IMG/VR virus record: IMGVR_UViG_3300014893_000002
Location: 1-30,764 of that record
Length of the DNA stretch: 30,764 nt
DNA from: a virus
Taxonomy: Duplodnaviria; Heunggongvirae; Uroviricota; Caudoviricetes
Strand: one strand, 5' to 3'
Part shown: positions 1 to 9,820 of the stretch, piece after piece
How the letters are laid out: each line of letters opens with the position of its first letter
Numbering within the stretch: the stretch's first letter is position 1
Program-made: the position numbers and the translations under genes
Notes under the pieces: generated by a model
Database searches by the model: none
Seen by the model: only the letters and a program-made list of their open reading frames with translations
What the model was told of the DNA's origin: nothing

Positions 1-22
1 GTTTCCTGCTGTATATCCTGCA

Positions 23-364
23 TCAGTGAGTGACCTCTTCAAAGGTACAGTTAAAATCGGTATACATGGCATTATCCGAAATGCTCCACTCCCTGCAGAC
101 AACCCGGACAGTCCTGTTGTGTTTTGGCGGACGCCACAAAAAAGCACGAACCCCGGCATGACGGGATAAAAAACTGTCCAGCGCGGCACGGGAATATTCA
201 TCCGTGACACGAAATACCGGTTTAAACGTTTTCAGATCTGCATTCAGACCACCAGCCCGTCGCTGTTCATATCCGTCACCGAACTTTACCGTAATAACAG
301 ATGGCTTTCGTGTCGTCTCCATCCCCTCGCGGGGGATCCAGTTAAAAACTTCAGACTCAGGCAC
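23..364 (-). CDS. phage minor tail protein M (lambda gpM-like)
   Basis: Translation carries the gpM-like FGDGYEQR..GLNA.LKT motif and FNW near the N-terminus. Start set at in-frame GTG 364 with GGAGG about 9 nt upstream; the ORF track begins at TTG 409. Lies directly downstream of the tape measure gene. Confidence 0.8.
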   Translation of the reverse strand: MPESEVFNWIPREGMETTRKPSVITVKFGDGYEQRRAGGLNADLKTFKPVFRVTDEYSRAALDSFLSRHAGVRAFLWRPPKHNRTVRVVCREWSISDNAMYTDFNCTFEEVTH

Positions 365-3300
365 TGCATAATCCTCCGTCCCGACGTGATGACTGCATAA
401 TTGACACAACCCTGCTGTCGATCAGATCCACCAGTCCCCTGGCTGAGCGCGCATCTATCTCGCCATTGCTCCCTTGATTCTGAATGCTGATGTGATACAC
501 GGGAGAATAAACAAATCCACCGCCACCATTCACATTTCCAATGGCCCTGACCCCAAGAGAGCCGTCCGCTGCCCGTGTCAGTGGCATGATTGCTTCAGGC
601 CCGGCCTCGCCCATCAGCCCGGCACCTTTCGCAAAAGCAAAATACGTCGGGGTATCCACAATGGTGTTACTGTAAGCACTCAGATTTGCCGATGTATAAA
701 CACCACCTTTTGCGTTTGCCACTGCACCGGAAAGCCAGTCGCCGACTGTACCAAGCCATCCTCCGGCACCGGACATGCTTTTGGAAAGTGACTTCAGCCC
801 GTTAACGATGGCAGCGTTCATCAGAATTTTTGAAACTTCCTGGAGAATTGAACTCCCCCAGTTTCTCCAGTCCACAACATTTCCGGCCAGTGCATCGGAA
901 ATATTTGATACCAGCCCGTCCATAGTGGAAACGACAGCATCTGCCGCCTGCGAAGCATAATCGGTGGCACTGTCTGCCCAGTTCGTCAGTCCCTCCTGGA
1001 GTCCGGCATTCCAGTTACTGCGTAAAGCATCAGCCTTTGCATAATAATCCTGCTGATCGCTGAGACGCTCTTCCAGATATTTTTCATTCAGAGATTTTTC
1101 CTGTTTCCACAGGGCTTCTTCAATTTCTCCGGCCTGATACTGTCTCAGTAGCTCGTTATTTTTCTGCTCAAACTCCTGCCGGATGCTCCACATTTCCTGA
1201 AGTCGTTCACGCATCCGTGAGCCTTCACCATATCCCAGTAACTGAGCCTCATTTGATGCTCTGACACTGGCATTACTGTCCGCCAGACTGCTCTCATACG
1301 CAGCAAGCTGCTCACGAATCTTTTTCTGGTCGATGAGTGCTGCATTCTGCAAAAGCGTTTTTTTCTGCGCTTCTGACAGGGTTGATAATTCGCCCTGGCT
1401 GACCTGATATTTCATCTTAGCCAGTTCAGTATTCTGCCCTGCCAGTGCTATTTGCTCTTTTTGCTGTTTAATCAGTTGCTTATAAGTATCTTCTATTTTT
1501 TCCGCTTCGGTCTTTTTATGCGCTTTGGGTTTATTTGCCTGGTTATTTCGCCATGCATCCAGTGAGTTATTTATATAATTCAGTCTTGCTGTCTGATACG
1601 CCTCTCCCACAAAGCCGAGATCATCCGCAGCATAACCCAGGCGGGCACGCTCACGAGCTTCCCCCTTCAGGCGGGACAGAGCCAGTTCGCGCTCGCTGTT
1701 ATTCAGTGCGGTCTGCTGTTTATCATCCAGGGTTGCCTGTGGTAGCCGTAACGGTACATTCACCAGCCCCTGTCGCTGCTGAAGTAATTCATTACCGAGC
1801 CCGAGAAGGCGATTAAACTCGGTATGCTGCCCATTCATGATCAACAGGGACTGATACGCTTTGTTTTGTTCCGCTGCCTGTTGACGGATCAACGCCACCC
1901 GTCGCTCCTCCAGCCCGGCAAGCACATCCTGAATGGATTGCGCTTTGCCCTGCATTTGAGTGAGGCGAGACTGTTCAACTGCCAGTTGATTTGTTGCTTC
2001 TGCAAGCCCTTCTGTGACAGTTTTTACCGACGTCATGTGGTTAATCATAAAACCGTTATCGGTTGTCCAGCCCGGGTTTGCCAGCACATACTGATAGCCA
2101 GCAATTTTTTCCTGTAAGGATTTAATCTTACTTTTCTGCTCGTCAATTAACCTGTTTTGCTCCTTCAGTGCCTGTCGCGTCTTTTCCTCATTATCTGACG
2201 CTTCAGGAAGCGACATTGCCGACGTTTTCTGGCGAATTTCGTCGATTGTTGCGGCATACTGTCGTGCAGATTCTCTGGCCTGCTCCTGATTCTGATACAT
2301 CGTGTACCAGGCCGCAGCCCCCAGCATGACGAGTCCCGGCACACCACCAACCAGCCCCAGCGCGCCACTTAATAAACGACTCCCCACTGACGTAACATTA
2401 TTCAGCGTTGTCTGTGCCGCTGTTCTGGCCGCAATATTACGGGTAAGTGACACCTGGGCAGCTGTCAGCTTCGCTTCTGCTGCGGCCTGCCTTTCGGTAC
2501 CGCGAGCAGCAACAACCGCCTGTTGCGCACGATAAACCGCCGCACGCGCCCTGGCGGTTGCTATCTGTGTCCCCCGAAGTTGCACTTCAGCAAGAGCCAC
2601 TTCGTTTCTGGCTGCAGTAATTAATCCGGCAGTTGCAGATCCAGCAGACGACGCCATATTGCCAAAATATCGGGCTACCCCGACGGCAACCAGAGCACCA
2701 GCAGCGGTTGCCACGGTGTCAATATTGCCTGCAATACCATTCAGCACACCGGAGAGCGTCTTCGTCACTCCGCTTGCCTCGTTCGCACCACCAACCCAGG
2801 CCATAAAGGCGTTTTCAACTTTGGTTGCAGAGGATGAAACCGTATCAGGCATTGCTGCATATTCATCACGCAACGCCCCAAGCTGACTAATCAGTGCAGG
2901 AACAACCTTATCGGCGGTCAGTTTTCCGTTATCCGCCATGGCCTTCAGATCCTTACGGGCAACCCCCATTCCCGCAGCCAGCGCACGAATAACACGATCG
3001 CCGTTCTCATTCACCGAGTTAAACTCTTCACCGCGCAGCACTCCCTGCGCCAGTGCCTGACTGAACTGCGTGATCACCGAACTGGCTTCTGCTGTACTGG
3101 CACCGGATAATTTCAGGCCCGTGGAGATCGCCTCGGTGACTTTCAGTACCTCCTCAGAACTGTAACCATACTCCCGCATGGAAGCTGCAGAACGGGCAAA
3201 AAGGCTGGCGTTATCAGAAAACGCCGTCCCCGTTCTCTGGCTGATCGCCATTAATTCACGCTGTGATGACTGAAAATCATCACTGGACTGTGAGGCCTGC

Positions 3301-3602
3301 TTCAGACGGGCATTTACTGAATTCCACTCATCGGCGAGAGAAATAAGATGACCGGTAGCAAAAGCCCCGGCAAATGCCCCCGCCATGTTCAGTGCCGAAG
3401 ATTTAGCTGTATTTATCTGATCCGTCACTTCTGCCAGTGCACGCCGCATTTCACGGGATGCAGCAGCGGACTGTCGGCCTCCGTTCTGCATGGTACGGTA
3501 GTAATCCTGCCCCATACGCGAAGCCCGGGAGATCTCTGACTGGAATGACCGGGAATTTGCCGAGATTTTAATAATCAGTTCACGTAATGTCGCCACACTC
3601 AT
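357..3602 (-). CDS. tail tape measure protein
   Basis: 1081 aa ORF with a long coiled-coil and Gly/Ala-rich segments, positioned between the GT chaperone and gpM as in lambda-like tails. Confidence 0.9.
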   Translation of the reverse strand: MSVATLRELIIKISANSRSFQSEISRASRMGQDYYRTMQNGGRQSAAASREMRRALAEVTDQINTAKSSALNMAGAFAGAFATGHLISLADEWNSVNARLKQASQSSDDFQSSQRELMAISQRTGTAFSDNASLFARSAASMREYGYSSEEVLKVTEAISTGLKLSGASTAEASSVITQFSQALAQGVLRGEEFNSVNENGDRVIRALAAGMGVARKDLKAMADNGKLTADKVVPALISQLGALRDEYAAMPDTVSSSATKVENAFMAWVGGANEASGVTKTLSGVLNGIAGNIDTVATAAGALVAVGVARYFGNMASSAGSATAGLITAARNEVALAEVQLRGTQIATARARAAVYRAQQAVVAARGTERQAAAEAKLTAAQVSLTRNIAARTAAQTTLNNVTSVGSRLLSGALGLVGGVPGLVMLGAAAWYTMYQNQEQARESARQYAATIDEIRQKTSAMSLPEASDNEEKTRQALKEQNRLIDEQKSKIKSLQEKIAGYQYVLANPGWTTDNGFMINHMTSVKTVTEGLAEATNQLAVEQSRLTQMQGKAQSIQDVLAGLEERRVALIRQQAAEQNKAYQSLLIMNGQHTEFNRLLGLGNELLQQRQGLVNVPLRLPQATLDDKQQTALNNSERELALSRLKGEARERARLGYAADDLGFVGEAYQTARLNYINNSLDAWRNNQANKPKAHKKTEAEKIEDTYKQLIKQQKEQIALAGQNTELAKMKYQVSQGELSTLSEAQKKTLLQNAALIDQKKIREQLAAYESSLADSNASVRASNEAQLLGYGEGSRMRERLQEMWSIRQEFEQKNNELLRQYQAGEIEEALWKQEKSLNEKYLEERLSDQQDYYAKADALRSNWNAGLQEGLTNWADSATDYASQAADAVVSTMDGLVSNISDALAGNVVDWRNWGSSILQEVSKILMNAAIVNGLKSLSKSMSGAGGWLGTVGDWLSGAVANAKGGVYTSANLSAYSNTIVDTPTYFAFAKGAGLMGEAGPEAIMPLTRAADGSLGVRAIGNVNGGGGFVYSPVYHISIQNQGSNGEIDARSARGLVDLIDSRVVSIMQSSRRDGGLCSA

Positions 3603-3611
3603 TCTCCGGAC

Positions 3612-3634
3612 GAAAAAAAACCGCCGAAGCGGTT
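3612..3634 (-). terminator. intrinsic terminator or attenuator between GT chaperone and tape measure gene
   Basis: Minus strand reads AACCGC-TTCG-GCGGTT followed by a run of 8 U; perfect 6 bp stem with a TTCG tetraloop. Confidence 0.55.
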
Positions 3635-3642
3635 ATGTTGAC

Positions 3643-3933
3643 TCACTGAGACACTATTAAAAGCGCGTTTTCCAGTCCAGCAAATGGATCTGATACGCCT
3701 TCTGTCTGCTCCTTCTCCCACTGAAGAAGCGCATCATTCAGTGGCACTTTGACCCCCTGCGCACCGTAAACAGCTGAAACAATCTGGGCAGCCCGGATAT
3801 CAGCCCGTTCGTCCCCCAGCGTGCTGAACCTGTCAAATTCTGCCCACATCATGATTTCTGATGCGGACATTTCCCGGCGTAACTCTGACAATGTGCGCCC
3901 CATCCTGAGCGCCAGCATCATCAGAAAACGCAT
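3643..3933 (-). CDS. tail assembly chaperone GT, -1 frameshift extension (gpT-like segment)
   Basis: ORF in the -1 frame relative to G, entered from the slippery heptamer at 3948-3954; fused reading gives ..GEVKKKVALPGMRFLMM.. and it ends just upstream of the tape measure gene. Confidence 0.7.
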   Translation of the reverse strand: MRFLMMLALRMGRTLSELRREMSASEIMMWAEFDRFSTLGDERADIRAAQIVSAVYGAQGVKVPLNDALLQWEKEQTEGVSDPFAGLENALLIVSQ

Positions 3934-3944
3934 CCCCGGAAGCG

Positions 3945-4331
3945 CTACTTTTTTTTAACCTCGCCGGCATCACTGATTAGTTCCAGAGACTGCCGAAGAA
4001 GCCGCGCATGCACCGGGCCATACACGGCAATCACCTGTTCACGATCATCCTCTGAAAATACAGGTTGCAGTCCGGTATCACACAGAACATCGATGAACAG
4101 TTCAACATCCGCTTCCAGATTTCGGCGGGCGCGCTCCGCAACGGATAACGGTGTCTCATCATCTTTTGCTTTAACGATCTCCTGCCAGCGCAACCAGGCT
4201 TCTGCAGAAGGTTCCCGTAATACAACCGTTGCCCCTTCCCATTCAGGCACATCAACAGTTTTATGGCGAAACCCCGACATCGTTGCCAGTGCCAGATTAC
4301 GGATATTTTTAGTCATCACATCTATCCTCAT
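3945..4331 (-). CDS. tail assembly chaperone (gpG-like)
   Basis: 128 aa acidic ORF between major tail and tape measure genes, ending in the slippery site. An alternative start at ATG 4316 has a better RBS (GAGGAT). Confidence 0.75.
   Translation of the reverse strand: MRIDVMTKNIRNLALATMSGFRHKTVDVPEWEGATVVLREPSAEAWLRWQEIVKAKDDETPLSVAERARRNLEADVELFIDVLCDTGLQPVFSEDDREQVIAVYGPVHARLLRQSLELISDAGEVKKK
3948..3954 (-). other. programmed -1 ribosomal frameshift slippery site (A AAA AAG)
   Basis: Minus strand reads GTT AAA AAA AAG TAG at the 3' end of G; a -1 slip places the ribosome in the 3643-3933 frame (frame arithmetic checked). Confidence 0.7.
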
Positions 4332-5035
4332 TAACTGACGGTAACAGTGCAGGAAGTAGAGGTCACTTTGTTAACCGGGCTTGCTGAATCAGAAATCTCG
4401 CAGGTATATGCACCCGCATCACCGGATACTGCCGATGCCTTACTGAACGTTGCCGCCGTCTGTCCGGAAACAGGAGAACCACCTTTCTTCCAGACATAAG
4501 AATAAGGCGGCACACCACCCGCAGCCTCAACCGCCATTTCAAGTTTCGATCCGGAAGCAACCCGCAGCGTGCTTTTTAAATCGACCTTCACTTTCAGCGG
4601 CTCTGTCGTCAGCACAGGTTTACCTTTCAGGCGCAGAGAAAACGTTGCAGCCACAACACCATTGGTTCCTGCAGACCAGGTATGCTGACGCACCTCTGCC
4701 ATAAAGGTAAATCCGTTGCCTGACGGAAAAATAACTTTAAAGCCATACGTGGTGTCATTGTCATAGGCACTGCGCAACGCGTTCTGGGCAGCATTGAGGT
4801 AAAAGTTGCCTGACATGGAAATCTCTGAAGCAGCACCAAGGCCGTTAATATTTTCCTGCTCAACAGAACACAGCGTGGTGACATCAATATCCTGCTTTTG
4901 TCCTGCAGTAAACTGCACCTCTTTGATTGTACAGCTCAGGCCAAGATAGCTGGCAGAATCCAGGGTTTCTGCTGTTACCGGTGCAGACGAAATCATAATT
5001 TTCGTCAGTTGCGAACGCTCAAAATTAGAGGACAT
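4331..5035 (-). CDS. major tail protein with C-terminal Ig-like domain
   Basis: Position upstream of G/GT; C-terminal region resembles a Big_2-type Ig-like domain (..GGVPPYSYVWKKGG..AGAYTCE..). Start at ATG 5035 with AGGAG RBS; stop overlaps the G start (TAATG). Confidence 0.8.
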   Translation of the reverse strand: MSSNFERSQLTKIMISSAPVTAETLDSASYLGLSCTIKEVQFTAGQKQDIDVTTLCSVEQENINGLGAASEISMSGNFYLNAAQNALRSAYDNDTTYGFKVIFPSGNGFTFMAEVRQHTWSAGTNGVVAATFSLRLKGKPVLTTEPLKVKVDLKSTLRVASGSKLEMAVEAAGGVPPYSYVWKKGGSPVSGQTAATFSKASAVSGDAGAYTCEISDSASPVNKVTSTSCTVTVS

Positions 5036-5094
5036 ACTCGTCTCCTGAAAATAAAAAACCCGCCAGCGGCGGGTGGGTAAAATCATTAACGACC

Positions 5095-5439
5095 TCAGGC
5101 TATTACCTGAAATTCAAGCGTGGCTCTGCTCAGACGGGAGTCAGGATCATACCCCTGCGTTTTAGAAATAACGGAGGGTGCCAGTTTCCTTACTGCATCA
5201 AGCGCCTGCTCACGAATATCATCTGCGTCATCAGGTACTGTCGCCCAGACATCGATCTGCACGGTAATTCTGGATTCAGCCTGCCCATCAAGCACATCAG
5301 ATGCCGTGTCAGACACCACAGAAAACACCAGCCACGGCGGAGATACCGCAGGCTTTCCCTCCGTCAGCGGGACCACATAAGGATAAACCTGTCCTCCGGC
5401 CAGCTGAGACAACAGGGAATACAGTGTGCCCTCCCTCAT
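5095..5439 (-). CDS. tail component, DUF3168-like (putative tail completion or terminator protein)
   Basis: 114 aa ORF between the gp10-like gene and the major tail gene; family assignment is from position and general resemblance only. Confidence 0.5.
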   Translation of the reverse strand: MREGTLYSLLSQLAGGQVYPYVVPLTEGKPAVSPPWLVFSVVSDTASDVLDGQAESRITVQIDVWATVPDDADDIREQALDAVRKLAPSVISKTQGYDPDSRLSRATLEFQVIA

Positions 5440-5885
5440 TTACTTAAGACCTCATCAATAGCCTGATTCATTCGCTGTATGGCAACCTGCGCCGCCAGCT
5501 CCTCTGTCGTATCGAAAGCCGGGCGAATGAATGGATGCGCGGGCATGTTTATCGTTCCCAGCTCCACAAAGCGCCAGTAAAATGCATTTCGGGGATCGCT
5601 GGCTTTCATGCTGTTATCACTGTTTCCGGTTCGCAGGTTCCGTCCGCGAATGTGGACACCCGAGATAATTTCCCCCCGACGCTTTGAACGCTGAGTGAGA
5701 ACAACCACATTTTTCTTCAGTTTCCCGGTTCGCTCCGGCGCACGTTCAACAACTGCATCCCGCATAACTTCAGCACCGGCACGGGTGGCATCGCGCAGAA
5801 CCTTATTGTTTTCTGCCCTGCTGAGCGTCTCCAAATCCCGTGCAATATCCGCCAGGCCGGAAAAATCAAGACTGAAATCCATCAC
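5436..5885 (-). CDS. HK97 gp10 family phage protein
   Basis: 149 aa with the characteristic ..AFYWRFVELGT..P..PFIRPA.. segment; translationally coupled to both neighbours by overlapping start and stop codons. Confidence 0.65.
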   Translation of the reverse strand: MMDFSLDFSGLADIARDLETLSRAENNKVLRDATRAGAEVMRDAVVERAPERTGKLKKNVVVLTQRSKRRGEIISGVHIRGRNLRTGNSDNSMKASDPRNAFYWRFVELGTINMPAHPFIRPAFDTTEELAAQVAIQRMNQAIDEVLSK

Positions 5886-6220
5886 ACATTCCCCTTCAGG
5901 CTGCAGAGTATTTCAAGCCGGGTAGCGCGCGCATCCGGTATTGGTGGACCTTCTATACCCAGAATGGCCCCTTTAAATGCACCGGTCAGCACTTTCAGAC
6001 GTGAAGTCGCTGTCACATCGCGCCGGAATCTCATCCAGACTCTGACCGTAGCCTGAGCGGTTTCTGCTCCGCCTGAGATTATCTCCCTCCCGCTGATACC
6101 CTTAACTTCTGCCCATACGGTAGCTCCCTCCGTCACCGTCTCCACCGGATGCCCTGACGGAGAGCGGGCGGTGGTGACATTCAGAATAATTACGCGATCA
6201 CGTAATCTGCCCGCCTGCAT
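5882..6220 (-). CDS. head-tail adaptor / head closure protein (SPP1 gp16-like)
   Basis: 112 aa with RDRV.I, VWAEVKGISGRE, TIRVW and SRLKVLTGAF motifs; close paralog of the ORF at 14097-14435. Confidence 0.75.
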   Translation of the reverse strand: MQAGRLRDRVIILNVTTARSPSGHPVETVTEGATVWAEVKGISGREIISGGAETAQATVRVWMRFRRDVTATSRLKVLTGAFKGAILGIEGPPIPDARATRLEILCSLKGNV

Positions 6221-6228
6221 GTCTCCTC

Positions 6229-6546
6229 CTACAAAGGAATAAAACGATAAGGCTCCAGCAGAGAAGAAAAACCAAACGGGACTGGTGCCTTGCTGACATC
6301 TGAGGAATTTTCCCGGTTTTCGTACCAGTGCCCGACCAGCAACATGAGCGCCAGCAAAACATCATCAGCTATAAGCACCCCTTCAGGATCACCTTCCGGC
6401 ACCGTCTCCTCATAAAGCTTACGGTTGATAAAATTTTCTGCCTTGCGGCAGGCAGCCCGGAAATACAGCATCAGTAACTCATCATCAGTTGCATCATCTG
6501 TATCAATACGGCACTGCGCCCTGAGTTTTTCCACTATTGCTGCCAT
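6229..6546 (-). CDS. head-tail connector protein (gp6-like)
   Basis: About 105 aa starting MAAIVEKLRAQCRID..; gp6-like pattern, directly downstream of the major capsid gene. The track ORF extends upstream to 6726 and overlaps the capsid gene, which is unlikely. Confidence 0.65.
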   Translation of the reverse strand: MAAIVEKLRAQCRIDTDDATDDELLMLYFRAACRKAENFINRKLYEETVPEGDPEGVLIADDVLLALMLLVGHWYENRENSSDVSKAPVPFGFSSLLEPYRFIPL

Positions 6547-6580
6547 CAGAAACTCCTGCCCGCAACACTGTGCGGGCATA

Positions 6581-6603
6581 AAAAAACCGCGTCGGCGCGG
6601 TCT
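6581..6603 (-). terminator. intrinsic terminator downstream of major capsid gene 1
   Basis: Minus strand reads ACCGCG-CCGA-CGCGGT followed by a run of 7 U. Confidence 0.6.
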
Positions 6604-6622
6604 GTAACTGAACAACGAGTGG

Positions 6623-7840
6623 TTATTTGCCAGTGAGCGCCTTGATGGCTGCCACATCTTCCAGCACACAGTCAAAACGATGGAAAGCCAGAAATGCCAC
6701 CTGATCAAACTCAGCATAACGCTCAACCAGACGTTTCAGTTCCATATAAGTAACGCGGCGAATGATAAAGCGGTTGAAATCCCCCAGGAAAATGAATTTT
6801 TTTCCGGTACCAATCCCGTCAATAGCCTGATCAATAACATAAGGGATCCCCAGCACAGTAGCCGGCGTACCGCCTGCAATATCCGGCAGCCATAACGGGC
6901 GTTTCTGCCCATCCTCCATCTCTTCAATAGTCTGCAATGTGGCATCATTGAATGCCCAGCGGTATTTCGGCCCACCACGATATGCCGGATCAATGGCATG
7001 TTTCAGGGCATTCATTTCTTTCCAGGTGAAAGCGGCAGAGGCTGCAGTCTGGATGGTTCCCGTCACCGACGCTGCCAGCCCTTTTGGCTGTAACGGTGAT
7101 CCCGTTCCGGTCCCCTGAACCAGATATTTTGCCTCTCCACGACCAATACGCTGGGCAATACGGTTTGCCAGATAAGATTCAATATCCACCCCACTGTCCT
7201 GGAGCAGCTCATTGGACACACGAATTATTTTTGATGACAGCTTTTTAGCCCCCAGAATAGCGGTCCCGAACGTCACATCCTGTTCCGTTGCGGCTGTATT
7301 TTCCGCCAGCAGTTCGCCCTCTTCAGTCGTGCCATCAGACGTTGACCAGGTGATATCCTGCCCGGTTGATGTGGTCAGAAGTTGCGCCACACTGGCAATC
7401 CCGCCATAAGCCTTCATGGTGTCAATGATTTTGTTACGCATCTGCGTGGGCACCGTATATCCGCCCTGAGAATCCGTTGTTACACTCTGAGCCCGCAGTT
7501 CACGCATCAGATTACGCTCTTCAGCATTCAGTTCTGCAAATCCGGCACGCAGAAAACGGTTAAATGCCGCAGCGCGCTTCTCTTCCACCGCCTTTTTCCC
7601 GTTCTCCGCCTCATTATTCTGGCGCTCTTCCGGCCCGGACTCATCCACATATGCCTGATCCTGACGGCGCAACTCTTCTTCACGGGCGATTTGCTCATCC
7701 AGCGCATCCAGCTCAGCTTTCGCCCTGTTCCACTCTGCCCGTTGCTCATCAGTCCATGCGTTATCACCAATTTTTTCATGCAGTGCACGCATATCCTTTG
7801 CAATGGTGTTTCGTTTTTGCTTCATCTCATGAAGTTTCAT
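6623..7840 (-). CDS. major capsid protein, HK97 fold (head module 1)
   Basis: 405 aa with an N-terminal coiled-coil delta-like domain and a QGTGTGSPLQPKGL segment matching the HK97 NGDGTG..L.GL region. Confidence 0.9.
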   Translation of the reverse strand: MKLHEMKQKRNTIAKDMRALHEKIGDNAWTDEQRAEWNRAKAELDALDEQIAREEELRRQDQAYVDESGPEERQNNEAENGKKAVEEKRAAAFNRFLRAGFAELNAEERNLMRELRAQSVTTDSQGGYTVPTQMRNKIIDTMKAYGGIASVAQLLTTSTGQDITWSTSDGTTEEGELLAENTAATEQDVTFGTAILGAKKLSSKIIRVSNELLQDSGVDIESYLANRIAQRIGRGEAKYLVQGTGTGSPLQPKGLAASVTGTIQTAASAAFTWKEMNALKHAIDPAYRGGPKYRWAFNDATLQTIEEMEDGQKRPLWLPDIAGGTPATVLGIPYVIDQAIDGIGTGKKFIFLGDFNRFIIRRVTYMELKRLVERYAEFDQVAFLAFHRFDCVLEDVAAIKALTGK

Positions 7841-7854
7841 CGTCAGTAGTATCC

Positions 7855-8454
7855 TTATGCATTAAGAAGGGTCAAAAGACGCTCACGCGCCATTCGTTCG
7901 TTAACAGCTTTCTTCAGCGCACCACTCGCCCGCGCTTCCTGCCAGGCTTTCATTGAGCGGACACCAGAGTCTGCGTCCTGATAGGCCGGATATGTCACCG
8001 GGCTGACGTCATACAGACGAGAAATGCGCGTGATTTCCCGGATAACAATCCCCTCGTCGTCTTCATACCAGCTCTCTCCGTCACGGGCGACACGAAACGC
8101 GAACGAGGACTGATTAATGTCACCACGCAACATTGGAGACAGCACCAGGTCACAAATAGTCGGAGTATCCGGTGCAACAATGTCATAACGTAAACCGCGT
8201 TCATCCACCGACAATGACAACGTGCCGGCAGAACTTCGTCCGAGAATGAAATTAGGATCATGATTAAACAAGCCACGTACATCATCATTCAGTACATCAT
8301 CAAAAGCCCCCGGCTTGATGATTTCACGAAATCCCCACAGAGGTTCTGAACGACTGTTAAATACCGAGCCATACCCCAGAATGTGGGTCGGGGCATTATC
8401 ATATTGTTCCGCCCGCACCTCCCCGCTGTAACAGCGCGTTTCACGGTCATTCAT
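7855..8454 (-). CDS. prohead protease, HK97 gp4 family (head module 1)
   Basis: 199 aa with ..GYGSVFN.., ..KPGAFDD.. and ..PAY.. pattern typical of caudovirus prohead proteases; sits between portal and capsid genes. Confidence 0.85.
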   Translation of the reverse strand: MNDRETRCYSGEVRAEQYDNAPTHILGYGSVFNSRSEPLWGFREIIKPGAFDDVLNDDVRGLFNHDPNFILGRSSAGTLSLSVDERGLRYDIVAPDTPTICDLVLSPMLRGDINQSSFAFRVARDGESWYEDDEGIVIREITRISRLYDVSPVTYPAYQDADSGVRSMKAWQEARASGALKKAVNERMARERLLTLLNA

Positions 8455-9673
8455 CGTTCTTTTCCTCTTTGCCTTTCGTATCTTTAAAGTTATTCAACGG
8501 ATTTGCTGCATTTACGCTGACCAGCATTTCATCCAGACCGTCAACCGGGTTCATATCCTCAAATGCCCTGGCTTCATTCCGACTCATCCAGCCATCTGTA
8601 ATGGCAAAGTGATAGAACTGCGCACGCTCCTGTGGGGTCCCACGGAGCAACCCCGTGAGGTTGAAACGAACGTAATACCCGGCAGCCCGTTCTGTACGGG
8701 TAAACAGGCGACGGTTAAGCTCCTGCTCCCAGTTCGCAACCCAGGGCATCATCGTGTAGCGAACAAACTGAATCGCCTGCTGCGTAATATTCGAAAATGT
8801 GGCTTTTTCCAGGTCATTAATCATGTGCGCCGGGACATTAAAAATCCCGGCAATCATCGACCGGTTCAGCTTGGTCATATCAATGATCTGAGCATCCACC
8901 GGAGAAACTGTCAGAGCGCGGTAATCCAGTTGCGCAGGCAGCAACATGGTTTTATTTTCCTGGCTGCGAAGCGCTGTCACCGCCCGCTGCCACATATTTT
9001 TAAGCCTGCCCCAGCTTTGTTCGTTCAGTTCATTTTTCACAGAAATAATACCGGCAGGACGGGCATTACCGTTAAAAAAGGCGCTGGTATACTGCTGGCC
9101 ACTCATTCCCATACCAATGGTTTCAGCATGCTGCATGATCGGGCTCAGTCCCATTTTCTGATTGTTTCCCAGCGCCCTGATATGGATCATGTCGTCCGGA
9201 CTTACCGCAAATGCACCCTCTTCGTTATACACCCCGTAAGTATGACGCCCACCGGTGTTAAGTAACGTGGTTTCCCATGGCATACAGCATTCAAGGCTGG
9301 TAACCTCTCCACGACGATTACGTTTTACCCACGTATAACCATTGCCCCACCCCAGCACATGACGCTGCTTCAGTTCCCGCCACTTATAGCTGGTCTGCCA
9401 GGCATTAGGTTCATCATGAACGAGCCAGAACAACGGATGATCGCGTGCCGGCTGAACATGCTCATTCGTTTTTCGCATCACATGCAGGGGCATCTGAGCC
9501 ACACTGGATGAAATAACATAAATACAGGCATAGACAGCAGCCAGCTTCATGGATGTTTCCGGACTGACATACACATCCCGGGCAAAAATATTATCCGTCT
9601 CAGCGGCCTCTCCGGTTACCGGAACCGAGGGATTTTCCAGAGGCTCACTGCGAAACAGAGCATCAAGAAGCAT
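8447..9673 (-). CDS. portal protein, HK97 family (head module 1)
   Basis: 408 aa with typical portal C-terminal motifs (..AGIFNVP.., ..PWVANWEQELNRRL..); GAGGAG RBS 5 nt upstream of the ATG. Confidence 0.9.
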   Translation of the reverse strand: MLLDALFRSEPLENPSVPVTGEAAETDNIFARDVYVSPETSMKLAAVYACIYVISSSVAQMPLHVMRKTNEHVQPARDHPLFWLVHDEPNAWQTSYKWRELKQRHVLGWGNGYTWVKRNRRGEVTSLECCMPWETTLLNTGGRHTYGVYNEEGAFAVSPDDMIHIRALGNNQKMGLSPIMQHAETIGMGMSGQQYTSAFFNGNARPAGIISVKNELNEQSWGRLKNMWQRAVTALRSQENKTMLLPAQLDYRALTVSPVDAQIIDMTKLNRSMIAGIFNVPAHMINDLEKATFSNITQQAIQFVRYTMMPWVANWEQELNRRLFTRTERAAGYYVRFNLTGLLRGTPQERAQFYHFAITDGWMSRNEARAFEDMNPVDGLDEMLVSVNAANPLNNFKDTKGKEEKNDE

Positions 9674-9820
9674 GTTTTCTCCTCATGGACACCACCAGTG
9701 CATAAAGCAGCAACAAACAGCCCGACAGCATCAGAGACGCTGGCAGACCTGCATACAGATAAACGCCAGCAGTGAGCAAACCGAAACCGATCAGCCCGGT
9801 CATATCAGTAATAAGCTGTT

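Noticed and set aside
23-409. TTG start at 409 for gpM as given in the ORF track
   Set aside because: It would overlap the tape measure gene by about 50 nt; an in-frame GTG at 364 has a GGAGG RBS and gives an N-terminus matching lambda gpM length. The 409 start cannot be excluded.
8609-9265. Plus-strand 218 aa ORF inside the portal gene, and similar antisense ORFs within capsid, tape measure and terminase genes
   Set aside because: Entirely antisense to high-confidence structural genes with no independent support.
9666-9803. Unlisted 46 aa hydrophobic minus-strand ORF (MTGLIGFGLLTAGVYLYAGL..) between the TerL remnant and the portal gene
   Set aside because: No clear RBS and below the track size cutoff; could be a small membrane protein but evidence is too thin to call.
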